From Cetorhinus maximus (Eukaryota): 64,000 nt of DNA. Each line of letters starts with the position of its first letter. The stretch's first letter is position 1. This document shows, one piece after another, positions 25,190 through 38,493 of the stretch. The position numbers were made by a program, and so were the translations under genes. The notes below the pieces were generated by a model that was given only the letters and a program-made list of their open reading frames with translations, did not search any database and was not told where the DNA came from. The stretch covers positions 26,474,001-26,538,000 of the forward strand of contig NC_135895.1 of NCBI RefSeq assembly GCF_964194155.1. Reading direction: 5' to 3'.

Positions 25190-25900
25190 AGTGGATCGGT
25201 GAGTGTGGTACACCACGTTGGGGTAATGTGGATATCATGGTTCAATAGCTGGCAGTGCATGCAAACTGAGAGGTGTGGGCTGTGGCTTGCAACATTTTCC
25301 AAGTGTGTGAGGGTGAGGTGAAGCATATGAACGTCAGGTATGAGTCCTGATTGATAGAGATTGCTAATAGGTGATTGATGGCATGTGATGATTTGAACAG
25401 AAGCTGAGACTAGTGGTGCAGTTATAAGTGATGTTTGAACTTGTAGTCACTGATCTGGACCATTCATGTCAGATCACTATACTTCTTACAGCACAGCATC
25501 CAGGTCCTTGAGGCTTGACTCCTGGCGTTGACCTGCACAGCTATCTGCTCCTAACGCCTTATCACCATTTATCTAGAGAGGCTCCTGGCACCTTGTACTT
25601 ACGGGATGTCTCTCCTCCTTTCCACCTCCTCCACAAACACCTCCAATGTGGCATCTGAGCACTAGGATGTCTGCGCTCCCTCATGTTTGCCCATTCTTCT
25701 CTCTTTCTCTAGTCAGATTCAGCTCCAGTGGCAGCTCCAAGAAGCTATGCACTGGGGGATCCACTTGCAAGAGAATCCATTTTTAAGATTGTTTTGGAGT
25801 ATGATGTCTATGCATACTAAAAACCCAGGCCAAGGGTTTCCTGTTTCTATATTCACCGGTCTGCTGATTATCCACCAAACTAATTTAGTAGCAGAGAACT
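25190..25900 (-). mobile_element. Harbinger Myb/SANT exon-1 relic
   Basis: Minus strand near 25660-25600 reads SDATLEVFVEEVERRRDI. Confidence 0.6.
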
Positions 25901-26080
25901 GTGGCCTAGCCAGTGCAGAAGCAGAAAACCCTGGTTGCTGTTTGTGCTGTTGCTCATGGTAAGTCAGAGGATCCTCTGGCATTAAAGAACAGGAACATTA
26001 TATAATGCCGACCTCTTGCTTTAAGGCTAGAAGGTGTAATTGCTCTGCATTCCTAGGCTAAATGAAGGATTTATTTAAAT

Positions 26081-26876
26081 TGTGATGGAATCCATGGTTT
26101 TAAAGCTTGTATTTATTTTGAGATAGACCCTAACTGGAACTGAAACAGAATCCTCATCTAACTAAAAGGGAAACCGAACCTTCAGGCTTTTAGGAAAACT
26201 ACGATTGAAACAGAAATGGAAACAGAAACGGAAATGGAAACCTTGGGTTTTTGGGGAAAATTAAGCTGATTAAAATCAGATTAAAAAAAGACACAGAGCC
26301 CTTCGAGCTCAGAGATCCCAGTGGTGCATAACAGGCAGGTTGAAAATGATGGAGGCTGGATCCAGGAACTGGGAACAGGAAAATGCACAGTTGCTGCAGT
26401 TGTTTCTGCTACTTGATGATAACACTGGTAGATCTATACATCAAGACCATCCTGAGCAGAGAGAGGAGTTTCTGGAGACATGTGTCATTTTGGTGAAGAC
26501 CGTGCCTGTGAAACTTGGGTTGGCTGGTTGCTGCTGCTGGCTGGGGATCAGGCTAAACCCTTGAAGAAAAGGAGCTGGAATTCTACTGGAGAAAGTTCAG
26601 AGCTTTGAAGAACTTTGTGGCTGAAATTAGCGCCATATATGCTAAGTGGGCTACCAAATAAATCTGTGACATCTTTTGTTGTATCTGCTCCTTAATGTGT
26701 AGAGTAATTCATAGTTTAACTCAACGAGCATTCATGTTTAATTTATGTGGATTTTGGGTTTGATTGTTGCAGTCAAAGTTTTAAAAAGTGAAACCTTGTC
26801 CATCGGGTTTTTCCATTGGGAGCATTTGGAAAGTTTGGTTCTTTCACAATTATTGGTCACCACTGGGATCATAACA
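26081..26876 (+). mobile_element. Probable solo LTR (about 0.8 kb)
   Basis: TGTGATG...CATAACA termini and an internal GAAAC/GAAAT micro-repeat at 26207-26240; no TSD found. Confidence 0.45.
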
Positions 26877-27249
26877 AGAGGGCCGGTTTACAAGTGAAAA
26901 CCTGTAGCTAATTCAAATGACAGATTAATTAAGAAGTTAGAGATATTATGAAACTGGTATGTTTATGGAAATAAAAGAGCGCTTTAAGATTTGAGGGAAA
27001 ACTTTTGTGACGGTGCCATTTGTGCTCAAAAATGAGGCAGTTGTGAGATTAACAAGTGTGGAGAAAGTGCAATGTGCTGACAAATTCCCATCTAGGATTA
27101 AATGCAATAGTGTTCCTGTGGGGCATGAACACTGTCTTAGAGCAGTTGGGCAGAATGACCTGTTTCTCTATGGTAAATTAAGTGTGCTATCTTATATTTA
27201 TGGTCTCCCGTTTTGGACTCTCCAACAAGCGGAAATATCTTCTCTACTA

Positions 27250-27472
27250 TAAAAACGGAAAATGCTGCAAAAATTCAGCAGGTCTGGCAGCATCTGTGGA
27301 GAGAGAAACAGAGTTAACGTTTCGAGTCCATATGACTCTTCTTCTTGAGTTCTGAAGAACAGTCATACGGACTCAAAACGTTAATTCTGTTTCTCAGCAG
27401 ATGCTGCCAGACCGACTGAGTGTTTGCAGCATTTTCTGTTTTTATTTCAGATTTCCAGCATCCGCAGTATTG
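27250..27472. mobile_element. Palindromic Penelope-derived terminal-repeat insertion with hammerhead-like motif
   Basis: Inverted arms around about 27345; right arm GAGTT-CTGAAGA-ACAGTCATACGGACTC-AAAACGTTAATTC; same family as 51396-51612. Confidence 0.75.
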
Positions 27473-27479
27473 TGCTTAT

Positions 27480-27830
27480 ATCATCTCTACAGTTACCTTA
27501 TTGAGTCCTTTCCTAATTTTGAAGGCCTCAATCAGTTCCCTTCTCAGTTTTCTCTTTTCCAAGGAAAAGAATCCCAGTTGTTCAGTCTTTCCTGAAAATT
27601 GTACACTATTAGCTCTGATATCATCCCAGTAAATCTATTTTGCATTTTCTGCAGTATCATTTTTGTAATATGAAGGCCAGAACTGTGCATAACTTTCTAA
27701 GTGTGGTCCAAACAAGGTTCATAACTTCCATGCTTTTGAATTCTATTCCTTTAAAAAAAACAAGTGCTTTGTTTGCACTTTTTATGACTTTGTTAACCTA
27801 TGTTGCTATGCTAAATGATTTGTGAATCCT
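27480..27830 (-). mobile_element. Old CR1 fragment
   Basis: Reverse complement resembles the CR1 LVxPxLExCxQFWxP region. Confidence 0.6.
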
Positions 27831-27999
27831 TGCGATCGAGCGCAGGGACCAATTAACAAGAGGTATTTCACTGTCTGAGAAGTAGAGGACATTTATGGAG
27901 ATGTATAGCTGGAAGAGATTAAGGAAATGAGGATGAAGTTCTTAAGAGCAATTCACTGGGGACACAGGCAGCCAGAGGAACTTGGCAAGGATGGTGAGA

Positions 28000-28500
28000 T
28001 AGAAATGTGGGCTTTTCTAATAGTTGTCTATAAAATAATTAAAGGGCTAGATAGCATACTTATTGAGCGATTATTCCAGTTTAACAGACTCTGGAGGACC
28101 AGGTGATACAAGTTTAATCTATGTAAGAGCAGGAATGGACTGGGTGTTAGGCAGTTCCACTTTTCCCAGAGAGTAGTGAGAATACATTGCCAGCTGATAT
28201 GATAGATGCTGACTCTCTGCCTTCAAGATGGAGCTGGACCTGCTCTTGACTGGGGCAGAGAGTCTATCATATGGAAGGTAAGTACATGTATACCCAAGGG
28301 GGTTAGAAGGGAATCTTTTCCCCTATTGCCTAAGATTGTTTTCTCTGTTTATGCTTGTCCCAGTAGATTACATGGCCTTAACATGGCTGCAGTGGGGGGC
28401 AGGGAGAGGGGGAATAAAGACAAGGGCCATTTCATCACAATGCTCCAACCAACATGGTGTGGGGAAGATTTGATGTACCACAGTCTTTACCTGCCCGTTA
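28000..28500 (+). mobile_element. Old CR1-type 3' fragment
   Basis: VYKIIKGLD and FSQRVV-like segments. Confidence 0.55.
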
Positions 28501-28559
28501 TTTTTATTCACTCAAAGCCAGTGAAGAGAGCAGTGACAAAGTTAAGGAGGCTAAATCAG

Positions 28560-29590
28560 ATAGCAACCCTCCCCAAGCTGCAAAAACGAGCATTTGAGCA
28601 TGGGGGTCATGATCGGTGATTACCCTACACTCGTTTCAATGTAATGCAGGCAGCAATTCAACAATGACAACCACATCACCCAACAGACTGCAGCGCACTC
28701 ACTTTCTTCCCTCTTGCTGGACAAGGTTACGCATGACTCAAGGCAGGAGGAACTAACTGGAGAGGGGAGAGTTGCAGCTGCATGCTCTGACCTCCTCTGG
28801 AGGAGTCAGTGATGGTCATTATCAGAAGTGCCATTGCTGAAACTGTGTTCAGCAGTGGGGTTGAAACCACTGAAAGTGACTGTTTGCTCAGGCCTAATAC
28901 TCCTTGGCCGATTTCAGTGATAACCTCAGTGAAACACAGGCACCTCAAACATTGGGCATTGCTGAGGTTCAGGTTGGAGGATTGCTTCTTGAACACCCTG
29001 GGTAGATAAGGCCCCCTAATCAGATGCCTTCTCCTCCTCCTTCCTCTATCTTCTAGCAGCTTGTCCTGCTCTGCATGGCCTCTGCTCCTTTTCCCAGTCA
29101 TGCTTGATTCCAAGAGGGAGGCCTACTAGTGTACACATGTCTGGGAACAATTAGTTCCTGCAGAAGCCTTGAAGTCAGCAAAAGATACTTCATCAACTGC
29201 CACACCACTCACTCCTTGTAAGCTTTTGAAACTTGAAACAAATATGGAAATCATAGAAATGGTGTTGAATCATAATGGCAGTCAGATAAGATCAACGAGC
29301 AACTAAACTAATTGATGATCCTTTTAAACAGTGCTAGTTGGGGATCTTTCCTGCTGTTTAACCCATGCTTAGCTGTGCAAGTTTAAGACCGAGTATCAGC
29401 TGGAGCGTAGAGCTCTAAAATGACACAGCTGGCATCGAAAGAGCATTGCACGCTGTGTGTGCACTAACATCTTTACCAAGGTGGCATCTGGTGTGATTCG
29501 CATCAGAAGCATAGGCACACACCGATGACACCATTTTGGATCCCTATGGCACTGCAACACCATTAAAACAGCTGCCACCAAGCCTAATTT
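28560..29590. mobile_element. Harbinger relics (transposase N-terminus on minus strand, about 28900-29110)
   Basis: RRRRRHLIRGPYLPRVFKKQSSNLNLSNAQCLRCLCFTEVITEI parallels YRRRLSFLQMTENQCH at 58144-58191. Confidence 0.6.
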
Positions 29591-29604
29591 CTCAATCTTA
29601 ATCT

Positions 29605-29755
29605 TTTGGATGGGATGTTAAAGTGATGCTCTTTTAGCTTTTTAACTGGACATAAAAGATCCCCTGACACTACTCCAAGAAAAGCTCAGGAATTTTCTTG
29701 GTGTCCTGGCCTAAATTTATCCATCAATTAACATCATCACAAAGAACTTATTGCC
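29605..29755 (+). mobile_element. DeuSINE internal fragment
   Basis: GATGTTAAA...GGACATAAAAGATCCC...AAATTTATCC aligns by eye with 8457-8575. Confidence 0.5.
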
Positions 29756-29756
29756 A

Positions 29757-30570
29757 TGTGAAGGATAAATCCTTGGGATACTCCAAAGATCATGGTGGAG
29801 TGATGGGAAGAGAAACTATTGCTGGAGATGCTCTGGTTACAGTCAGTTCGGTAAGAGTTGAACCAAGCAATAGCAGGCCCTTTGAGAAAAGCAACAGAGG
29901 TGCTGGAGGTGGATGGTATGGTCAGCTGTGCCAAGGGCTGCTGGGAGGTCAAAGGTATTGCTCCATAGTCACAGAGGATGATGTTTATGACTTCTTTTAG
30001 AGTCACTTCAGTGCTTTGGCAGGAGAGATTCAGACCTGAAGTTGTGGAAAAGGTGGACATGAATTCAGAATGCACATTGTTAGACTTAGGTGGGAAAGGG
30101 TGCTTGGAGATCAGGCGGTATTTTACAAGAACGGGGGGAGCCAGGATGTTTGGTTGAGGGGAGTGGTGACCACAGCAGTTTTGAAAGGGATGGGACAGTA
30201 CCTGAGGAGTTGGAACCATTTTCAATTGCAGCTGGCATGGAGTCCAAGCAAAGAAGCTGAGTGGTCAGTAGTTAAGTGGTATTGAGATTGGAAGCTGGAA
30301 TTGGATTGCGTGAACAGGAAGAGCTTGGAGAAGGCTTGAGGGGAAAGAAAGTAGATAGAAACATGAGTTCAGGCTTGGGACAAGAAAGCCTGGCAGAGGT
30401 TTTAACTTGCTTGGCCAGGGGGAGGAGTTCAGCACCAACAGAAAGGATGATGTCAATCTCAATGATAAAGAAGTCCACCCACACATTTGTTATTGGGAAG
30501 GGTAGAGAGGACATACGAGAGTTGGGGATTAAGGAGACAGTTGGTATTGAATAAAACACAGAATGATTCC
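29757..30570 (-). mobile_element. Decayed L2-type LINE RT fragment
   Basis: KYRLISKHPFPPK, AIAWFNSY...NQSIS, GVSQGFIL in ORF 29737-30225(-). Confidence 0.75.
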
Positions 30571-31115
30571 ATGACATTGCCAGTTTTGGCAGAGAGGGTG
30601 AGGCTCAATAATGCTTAAAATGATCTGCCTTATGTGGTGATGGATGGCTAAATCAGTTGTGTACCAGACACTAAGTAGTTTTGAAGGCAGAGCCATTACC
30701 TGGAATGCCCTGAGCCTCTTTCTATATGTGAATGTTCTTGTGGTCAGCAAGGTTCCACTAACAACTATTGATTCATCTCTGTAGAATGCTCTTACAGCAC
30801 AATTTGCAGTTTGTTTTTCAATTTAACACCAAACATTCATCCTTTCTCAACATCTCACTTAAGGGACATGCAAACTCAATGTCTGTAACATTAACTGGCT
30901 CTCATTTCCTTCCACTTATTTCTATTATGTCCAGTTCAGGAATAAGAACACTCATGGTTAAGTGTGTCGATGTCACCATTTGCTTTGTTCTGCCCACGCC
31001 CCCAGTTTTCTGTGCTGCCCCAGGCAATTCTGCTCCATTACTACCGGGGCTCCTGACCATGTTCTACCCAGTGTCAATTGGCTTCCTTGCCAAAAGACTT
31101 CTCACCCGTACACAC

Positions 31116-31356
31116 TGGAATTGTCAACTCTCCAGGATTGTCCTGGAATCTCCAGGAGTTAAAAATTTAGCTCCCAGTCACTGTTGCAAAAAACATAGGA
31201 GCGTTGGAAAAACATTGTTTTTCCATTTTCTTTGAACCCTTTTTGTTTATTAGTTATGAAATATATCGGAGATGGGAATAGGCTGATCGGATAGGAAGGT
31301 GGGAGGTCATGTGATGAAACCTCCAGAAATCAATTCAACCAGAGTTGATAATCCTG
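31116..31356. mobile_element. hAT-type MITE (TAGGGTTGCCAAC-like TIR)
   Basis: Left TGGAATTGTCAACTCT, right AGAGTTGATAATCCTG; 8-bp TSD not clear. Confidence 0.5.
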
Positions 31357-31703
31357 CTCAGCACTTCTAGCAGTGAAGCAAGGGACTTGGAATTTCTAGG
31401 TAGTAAATATTAAAATGGGAACGTGGGATTACAGCGAATGAGTTAAATCTCTAGTTAGTGTTACTCAATTACCATCAGTTCTCAGAAGGTTCTTCAGACA
31501 CGCTATGATGTGAACACAATACTGCTAGCCAAAGATGCGCATTCAAATCCTGGTCTCTGTAAATATTCTTGCTGTATTTTAAAACAAGGAAAAATGGGTT
31601 TTGACTTTTTATTTTATTATCTGATTGCACTTGCCACATAAATTTTCAGCGCCATCTTGAGTATATGTACTTCTATCAAACAACGTGTCATTCAGAGCCC
31701 ATT

Positions 31704-31832
31704 TCCCACCCCCACCCCCCGCCACCACCCCCCCACCCCCCCGCCCCCCCACCACCCCCCGCCACCACCCCCCCACCCCCCCGCCCCCCCACCACCCCCC
31801 GCCACCACCCCACCACCGCCAGCCCCCCCACC
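31704..31832. repeat. C-rich tandemly duplicated low-complexity tract
   Basis: Repeated ACCCCCCGCCACCACCCC units; source of the spurious Pro/Gly-rich ORFs. Confidence 0.85.
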
Positions 31833-32349
31833 ATTGCAAAATCAAATCTCTCCATTTTCTATTTCCCTTGCCTTTTGTGCACTGGGACCAGTTGAAAGGT
31901 CCAGGAGATTAAGGAAATGCTGCAAAGCTGTGATTATAGCATGAAACAAAAATGTTTCTGCTGCATTTATGGTGCTCCTGCCGTGTGCTACTTACAGAAT
32001 CAGCACAGCTAATACATCTATTTATACAAGTCGACAACCTCTGGGATACAACAGCAGCGCAGTTTATTTGGTTATTTCATTCAAATTTACTTTGTAGAAC
32101 AGAAGTGCTCCATTCTGGTGATTCAAACTGAGCTTTTCCCAGGGTCTGCTGAATATATTATTTGGCCTTGAAATGCATCTTTTGCGAGGACATTCATAGT
32201 TCAGGAAAATTGAAGTGTAAAATTGCCTTTTAAAGCCAAATGCCTAATTTGAGGTTCACCACTGTAAGAATATAAAGAAAAAAGTAAAGAAGGGGCACAA
32301 CCATTCACCCTATGAGGTTTGGCCCTGTAGTACCCATTACAGCACTATC

Positions 32350-33135
32350 ATTACGTCAAATGTACAGCATAGAGACAAACCGTTCAGCCTAACTAGTCTG
32401 TGTTGGTGATTCTACACCCTGCCAATTTACTCCCACTCCATCCACCTCATCTCAGCCTTTCAGCATACCTTTCTGTTCTCGCATTACCTGTCTAGTTTCC
32501 TTCTGAAAGCATTTAGGCTTTTTGCATCAACTACATCCTGTGATAGCAAGTTCCACATTCCACGTTTACTCCCTGAGTACACACATTTCTCCTTAGTGAA
32601 TTATTGGATTTATTAGTAACTTGTATTTGTATTAAGTATTACTATCTTGTATTTATATTCTTCCACAAGTGTAAACATTCTCTCCTTATCAATCCAGTCC
32701 ACCCTATTCATAATTTAAAAGATTGCTATCAGATCACAGTTTTTTCTCAAAAGAAAGAAAGCCATCATCTCTTCAATCTTTCTTGATGGCTATAATCTCT
32801 TGGTTCTCCTACCATCCTTGTAAATCTTTTTTAGAATTTTTTTCCGAGTACTTCTTTGTCCTTTGTACATTATAGAGACCAGAGCTGTGCACAGCACCCC
32901 AAGTGCAGCCTGGCTAGTGATCTCTACAAATTTAACATAGTTTAACAATTTCCAAATTCTATACCCTGAGAAATAAATCCCAGGGCTTTGTTAACATTTT
33001 TAATTTCTTTGCTGCCCTGTGATGCTGTTTTCAATGATTTGTTTACCTATATCCCTAGATTCCTTCGCTCTTCTACCCCATTCAGTTGCTTATTTTCTAA
33101 ACGGTAGGTGATGGTTCTATTTTCCCTACCACAAA
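32350..33135 (-). mobile_element. Old CR1 3' fragment
   Basis: Reverse complement follows the CR1 ORF2 C-terminus and 3' UTR. Confidence 0.65.
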
Positions 33136-33174
33136 AGAGTGGTTTTGTTTTTGCTGGTTTTGGGGAATTAAAAT

Positions 33175-33826
33175 TCCATTGGCCTTCATTGCAAGAGGAC
33201 GTGAGGACAGGAGCAAGGATGCATTACTGCAGCTGTACAAGGCCTTGGTGAGATCATGTCTGGAGTATTGTGTGTTGTTTTGGTCTCCTTATCTAAGAAA
33301 GGATATACTTGCCACAGGAGGGAGTGCAGCGAAGGTTCACCAGACTGATTCCCGGGATGGCAGGATTGTCATACGAGGAGAGATTGGGTTGACTAGACCT
33401 GTATTTACTGGAGTTTAGAAGAATGAGAGGGGATCTCATTGAAGTGTATAAAATTCTGACAGGGTGGGTCAGACTGGGTGCAGGGATGATGTTTCCTCTG
33501 GCTGAGAGGTCTAGAACAAGGGGTAATAGTCTCAGGATATGGGGTAGGCCATTTAGGACTGAGATGACGAGAAACTTCTTCACTCAGAGGGTGGTGAACC
33601 TATGGAATTCTCTACCACAAAGGGCTGTGGAGGCCAAGTCGCTGAATATATTTAAGAAGGAAATGAATAGATTTCTAGGCTCTAAAGGCATCAAGGAGTA
33701 CGGGGAGAGAGTGGGAGTATGACGTTGAGATAGAAGATCAGCCATGATCATATTGAATGGTGGAGCAGGCTCAAGGGGCTGAATGACCTACTCCTGCTCC
33801 TATTTTCTATGTTTCCTATGTTTCTA
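33175..33826 (+). mobile_element. CR1 LINE 3' fragment
   Basis: LQLYKALVRSCLEYCVLFWSPYLRKD, RGDLIEVYKIL, FFTQRVVNLWNSLP; TTCTATGT tail; very similar to 54762-55320. Confidence 0.93.
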
Positions 33827-35915
33827 AGCATATGGTCAGAATATGTCCAAGAGCAGAATTGGCCTGAGGCATATTCTGTCAGAGGGAATATTTGGTTTGC
33901 ATTGGGTTCTTCTAGAGAGAAGGATTAGCTTTTGTTCTGATCAGGAGTGAGCTTGTCAGAAATATGTTTTCTCCACATTAGCAGTTTCCCATGACATGGC
34001 TAATAGGCTAAGGAGATCAGGTTATATGCATGTAGGGAGGCAAATCCAAGTGGAATGTGGAAACCAGGACTAATGCCTAGCCTGAGGTCGAGTACTGAGT
34101 TGAAGTTTGGGGTGTTTAGGTGATGGTGTTGAGTTTCTGGAGAAGGAGGTAAATTTAGGGTAATTAAATTAAATTAAATACAGGCACTCCCAGCAATAAA
34201 ATATGAGTGGAGGTGAACACAGAACAGAGTGTTGACTCTGAAGTCAATTAAGCCAGAAACTTGTGGAGACTCAGCATTTATACATCGGTATGCTATAAAT
34301 GGAATTAAAGATTTCTGCAGGAGATCTCTCTGCCAGTTTATTCCTAGGAGCATACGATAATCCACTCAGCTCAGAATTCACATTTCAAGCAATATTATCT
34401 AAAGCTTTCATCTAAATCTGAACCTGATAGGAAATGCCATGGTGGCTGTATCTTAAGTTTTTGTTGCAATATGTTTTTTGTTTCTCCAGTGTTCCTATCA
34501 GGGGGTAGAATGATTTTTTTGGTGCATTGTGACCGGGGTGAAAAATTGAAATTGTGGAGACAGGACTTTGATCGTTGAATGATGAAAGTAAACATAAAAA
34601 ATAAAAGCACCGAGAACTATGGAAGAAGAAAGAACTGAAGACAGATTTGACGGTTATAATGTATTAGACAACAATCATAGCATGGTTTTTATTACAAAGA
34701 CATACAGCTCAGGTTCATGTGCATGGCTTCATTCCATATATGGCTATCTTTGTTTTCCTAAAAGTGGGTGTATTGATGGACAGTAATTGTTGACAGAGCC
34801 CCATGTTCACATCAACTGCTTTGTAGCTCATGCTTTGATTTATGGCAACATGAGGTTATACTTCAGTACATGTTTCAGGGAATTGGCATATCCTGCATAT
34901 ATTAATATCCAAGAACACCCACCATTTCCAGAAAGACACTTCTCTCTCCTATATTAACACTGATGACTCTTTCTTAACATTGAAGTCTATCACACCATCA
35001 AACAAAATCACTTCATGTAGACAGTCTGACATCGCCAAATGGATTCTTCCCTTAGCTCCTATTAAAACAGCTTCCATATTGCCACAAGGAATCTTCTTAT
35101 TAAAATACTTAATTGCTCCCTATCAAATATGCATCATCTGTCGCACCTCAGAAGTGAATCCAAACCAATAAATATACTCCATAAAATGGGAATCCTTTCC
35201 TAATGTTACCTAAACATCCTCCTCACCACTAAGAAAAACACTTTTCCAATAACATTTAAAGGCTTCAAACTATACATTTCACCTCTGCTGCTGAGCTGAC
35301 CTAAAGGAGAATTTTTCTCAGATATTCCGCACATTTTCTGGCATAACTCAGGTGGGTCAAAGCATAAAACGGGATGAGGAATCCTAACCAGTCAGATCCC
35401 TATCCACTTACTAACCTGTGTTGATCTCCCAGCAACACTTCTGTCAAACTCCAGAAAAACTAACCCCAAATGGAGCAAGTATAACCAAGAAAAGTGGAAC
35501 TGTGTTACATATAAGTTGCTTTTCCAGCATTACTGCCTTTGCGGTGTTGGAGATAAAGGTCCGATTTTTCTCAACCTCTTGGAGTCGGAGTTAGAGGCAG
35601 TGGGGAGCAGGAAAGTTTGTGAAAAGATGCATTGGACCGGTTCAACACGTTCCCTCCTCCATACACTTTTGGTGCGGGCAGCATCGGGATGCTGTTGGCA
35701 ACCTGCCCAGCAGGGGTGGGAAGCCAATTATGGCAGTTGAGTAATGGGAAAAAATAGCAAAAATTGGGAAAGAAGAGTACTGGTCTGAACTGGCGTTCTA
35801 TTTTAACATATACAAGACCAGTTCGGATCAGTGCTCTTATTTCCCAGTTCTTACTGTTTTTGCCTCATTGGGAGGAGACTGAGCTGGATTTTCCCTTGAC
35901 ATTCCTATTGTCCAG

Positions 35916-35963
35916 AGCTAATGTGAACGCCTGCAGTGTGCATGATTCGCCAGCTCTAAGGAG
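35916..35963 (+). other. Candidate 48-nt internal exon of an unidentified host gene
   Basis: Branch-like CTTGAC, pyrimidine-rich acceptor TTCCTATTGTCCAG, consensus donor GAG|GTGAGT; frame-preserving, reads ANVNACSVHDSPALR. Confidence 0.35.
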
Positions 35964-36257
35964 GTGAGTGCAGAGCGGCTTCAATATTACGTTAGATCTG
36001 GGATTAATCTCATGAAAATAGACTGCCTGTGTTCAGGGGTATGCAGAATCTCAAGCAGCCTGCTGCTATTGAGTGTGCTGGGGCTGAAGGGAATCATTGT
36101 GGCCATTTCCTACTCAATTCCCTCTGGTAGTGATGCTCTCTCTCTTGCACCCCAGCCACTATACCTATACTCCCATATGGCAGCTAAAATGGGGCCTGCT
36201 GGCCACGCTCACATGCCAGCTCCTGATTGCAGCCCCCACCGCCCCGCCCCACCCGCC

Positions 36258-36293
36258 AACCCCAACCCCAACCCCAACCCCAACCCCAACCCC
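36258..36293. repeat. (AACCCC)6 microsatellite
   Basis: Six exact copies. Confidence 0.95.
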
Positions 36294-36396
36294 ATCAGCC
36301 CACTCTGCATGTCCCTAACTGGGCAGCAAATGAGGAGGCAGCCTGTTAATTAGCCAATTCCCATAAGATCCTGCCACCAGGCAGACCACTAAACTA

Positions 36397-36520
36397 CTTC
36401 TTCTTCTTAGGCAGTCTCTCAGGATCAAGAGTGACTTGCTTCTATTCTGGTTCAATGGGTACTTAAATGGCTGATGAGTCCAGTGCAGGCTCTGCCACAT
36501 ACGGGGCAGATGGTACTTGC
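36397..36520 (-). mobile_element. Short retroposon 3' end with (AAG)n tail (RTE-like)
   Basis: CTTCTTCTTCTTAGGCAGTC... is an antisense (AAG)n-tailed 3' end; clade is recalled, not verified. Confidence 0.5.
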
Positions 36521-37616
36521 TCAATAGAATAGAAAATCATATTGAGCATGTACACTACATACACTTGTACACTACATGCAAACACTGAATAGAATTAAAT
36601 CAACTTGCCATAATCAACACTGCTAATATGTTTAAAAACAAAGTACACAAATAAGCAAGATGAATGAAATCAAGCAGATGGTACTGGAAACACTGCTGCA
36701 TGTTGATTTACTTAAGAGATGATATCAATGACATTGGGACTGAATATTGGAAAATTGCATAAACCAAAGATTATACAATTATTGATATCCATAATCAAGT
36801 AATTTCAGGATCTCAGACTCATCAGAAGGCTACATAAGGAGAGTTAATCATTGGGAAAGATGGGAGCAGTCATTTGGCACTCATCAGCAGCAATTCTAGT
36901 CCATCATGTTTGCGTGACTGTAGGTGCTGCTTCTGAAAACAGTGAGCCCACAACAAGTCGAGAAAATGAGATTCCTGATACCAATGCAGGTGGAACAAGG
37001 TCAGACACAGATATCAGCAGCTGATCCCGTTATCTGCAGCTTGCCAGTTAGGTAAACAATCATCTAACATTGACATTCTCCAAGCAAAAGGAGCACTTAG
37101 GAACAGGACACTTGGAAATGATATACAGAAGCTTATAACTCACATGGGACAAATAGAATAAAAAATCACAATGAGCATAGGCACCACATACAGTCACACA
37201 CTGCACGCAAACACTGAATAAAATTAATTCACTGTTAATGCAGTTTGCATTCTGGAATTGTGCAGACAAAGTGTCAGATGTGCAAGAAGAAAGCAAACAC
37301 AATGGAGGGACAAACAAAATTGGGAAAGTAAACAGGAGATCCATGATTGTAATCCACTCCAATAGGAAGCCAGAGTGGCCATATACAGGAAGAAGGCAAC
37401 GAGACCTCCATGAAACTGTCTTCCTGTCTGCAATGACTAGTCTGTTGAAGATGTGCAATATTGTCACCGTGATCTTCCTTGGCTTACGGGTGTGCCTTCA
37501 CCAGCTAAAAGGTGAGGCCCTTGCAAAATGTTCCAGGCAGCGTTTCAGCAAATTCCTAGTCAAAGAGAACCTGGATCACCCAGGTCTCTCACTTCTTTTG
37601 ATCTCTGCTAAATTAG

Positions 37617-38062
37617 AGGGAGGTCTTGTGGCACAGTGGGTAGCATCCCTGCCTCTGAGTTAGAAGCTCCTGGTTCAAGTCCCACTTCAGATTTGATGGC
37701 CAAGAAAGGTGCGTTCATAATGTGGCCAAACAGGTTGAGTATTAACTTGTGAATTCTTCCAACACACACCAATGGCAGGTGGGAAAAGCAGGAGAGATTC
37801 CTGGTCAGCTATCTGATAGGAAGAAATTGGAGCTGCTACTATCACCATCCATAACTTCAGGCTACAACATGCAGGCTGCTTGTGGGGAAGCAATTGGCTG
37901 GACGGCATATCAGGTATGGATCAGATTGGTGCCAACAGCATGAGGTTTGTTTCCCATTCTGGCTGGGGTGGATTCGGGACCTACCTCCTTGCCCTACCCA
38001 TGATGGAGGTTGTGGAACTGTGGGTTGGACCTGCCTTCAGGCAGAGAACTCAAGAAGAAGAA
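37617..38062 (+). mobile_element. tRNA-derived SINE with (AAG)n tail
   Basis: Pol III A-box TGGCACAGTGG (about 37629) and B-box GGTTCAAGTCC (about 37672); ends AAGAAGAAGAAG; possible TSD TTAGAGGG/TTATAGGG. Confidence 0.8.
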
Positions 38063-38493
38063 GGTTATAGGGACTGTACAGAGCAGTCATTCTTCACAGT
38101 TGCTGCTGGTAACCTTGTTTGATCAATTCCTAATAATGATACAAGTTTCTAACGAGACTTTATTTACAGTTTGTTTCAATCCTTAAACCTGTCTTTCTCC
38201 TAAGCTTTCTTGCAGTTGCTCGAAACATTGAACACTGGCCACAATCTGTCAGGCCCCAAGGCATACCAATTGCCTGTCACAATTATTTAACTCTATCCAG
38301 AGCCTGCCAGAATCCCTCAGGCTTGTCCCCATTCATTTTACTATTAAATAATCAGTGAAGTCAGAGCAATTTATGATGGCAGTGAATCAACTGTCTGCTT
38401 TTGACGATTGTTTCCACTGTTCTCAGAAAATGTCCTTACTCATAGATGATAATTTCTGATGAGGCATTTGACAAGATTTCTGGACTACTGAAA

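Noticed and set aside
31609-31944. Pro-rich and Gly-rich ORFs on both strands
   Set aside because: Produced by a C-rich low-complexity tract; no coding evidence.
37240-37612. Overlapping 135-141 aa ORFs; minus frame ILHIFNRLV...SWRSRCLLPVY faintly like an RT N-terminal segment
   Set aside because: No NYRPISL or other downstream RT motif and in-frame stops upstream; not assignable.
37617-37690. tRNA gene
   Set aside because: A and B boxes are present but continue into a SINE body and (AAG)n tail; no complete cloverleaf or T-run terminator.
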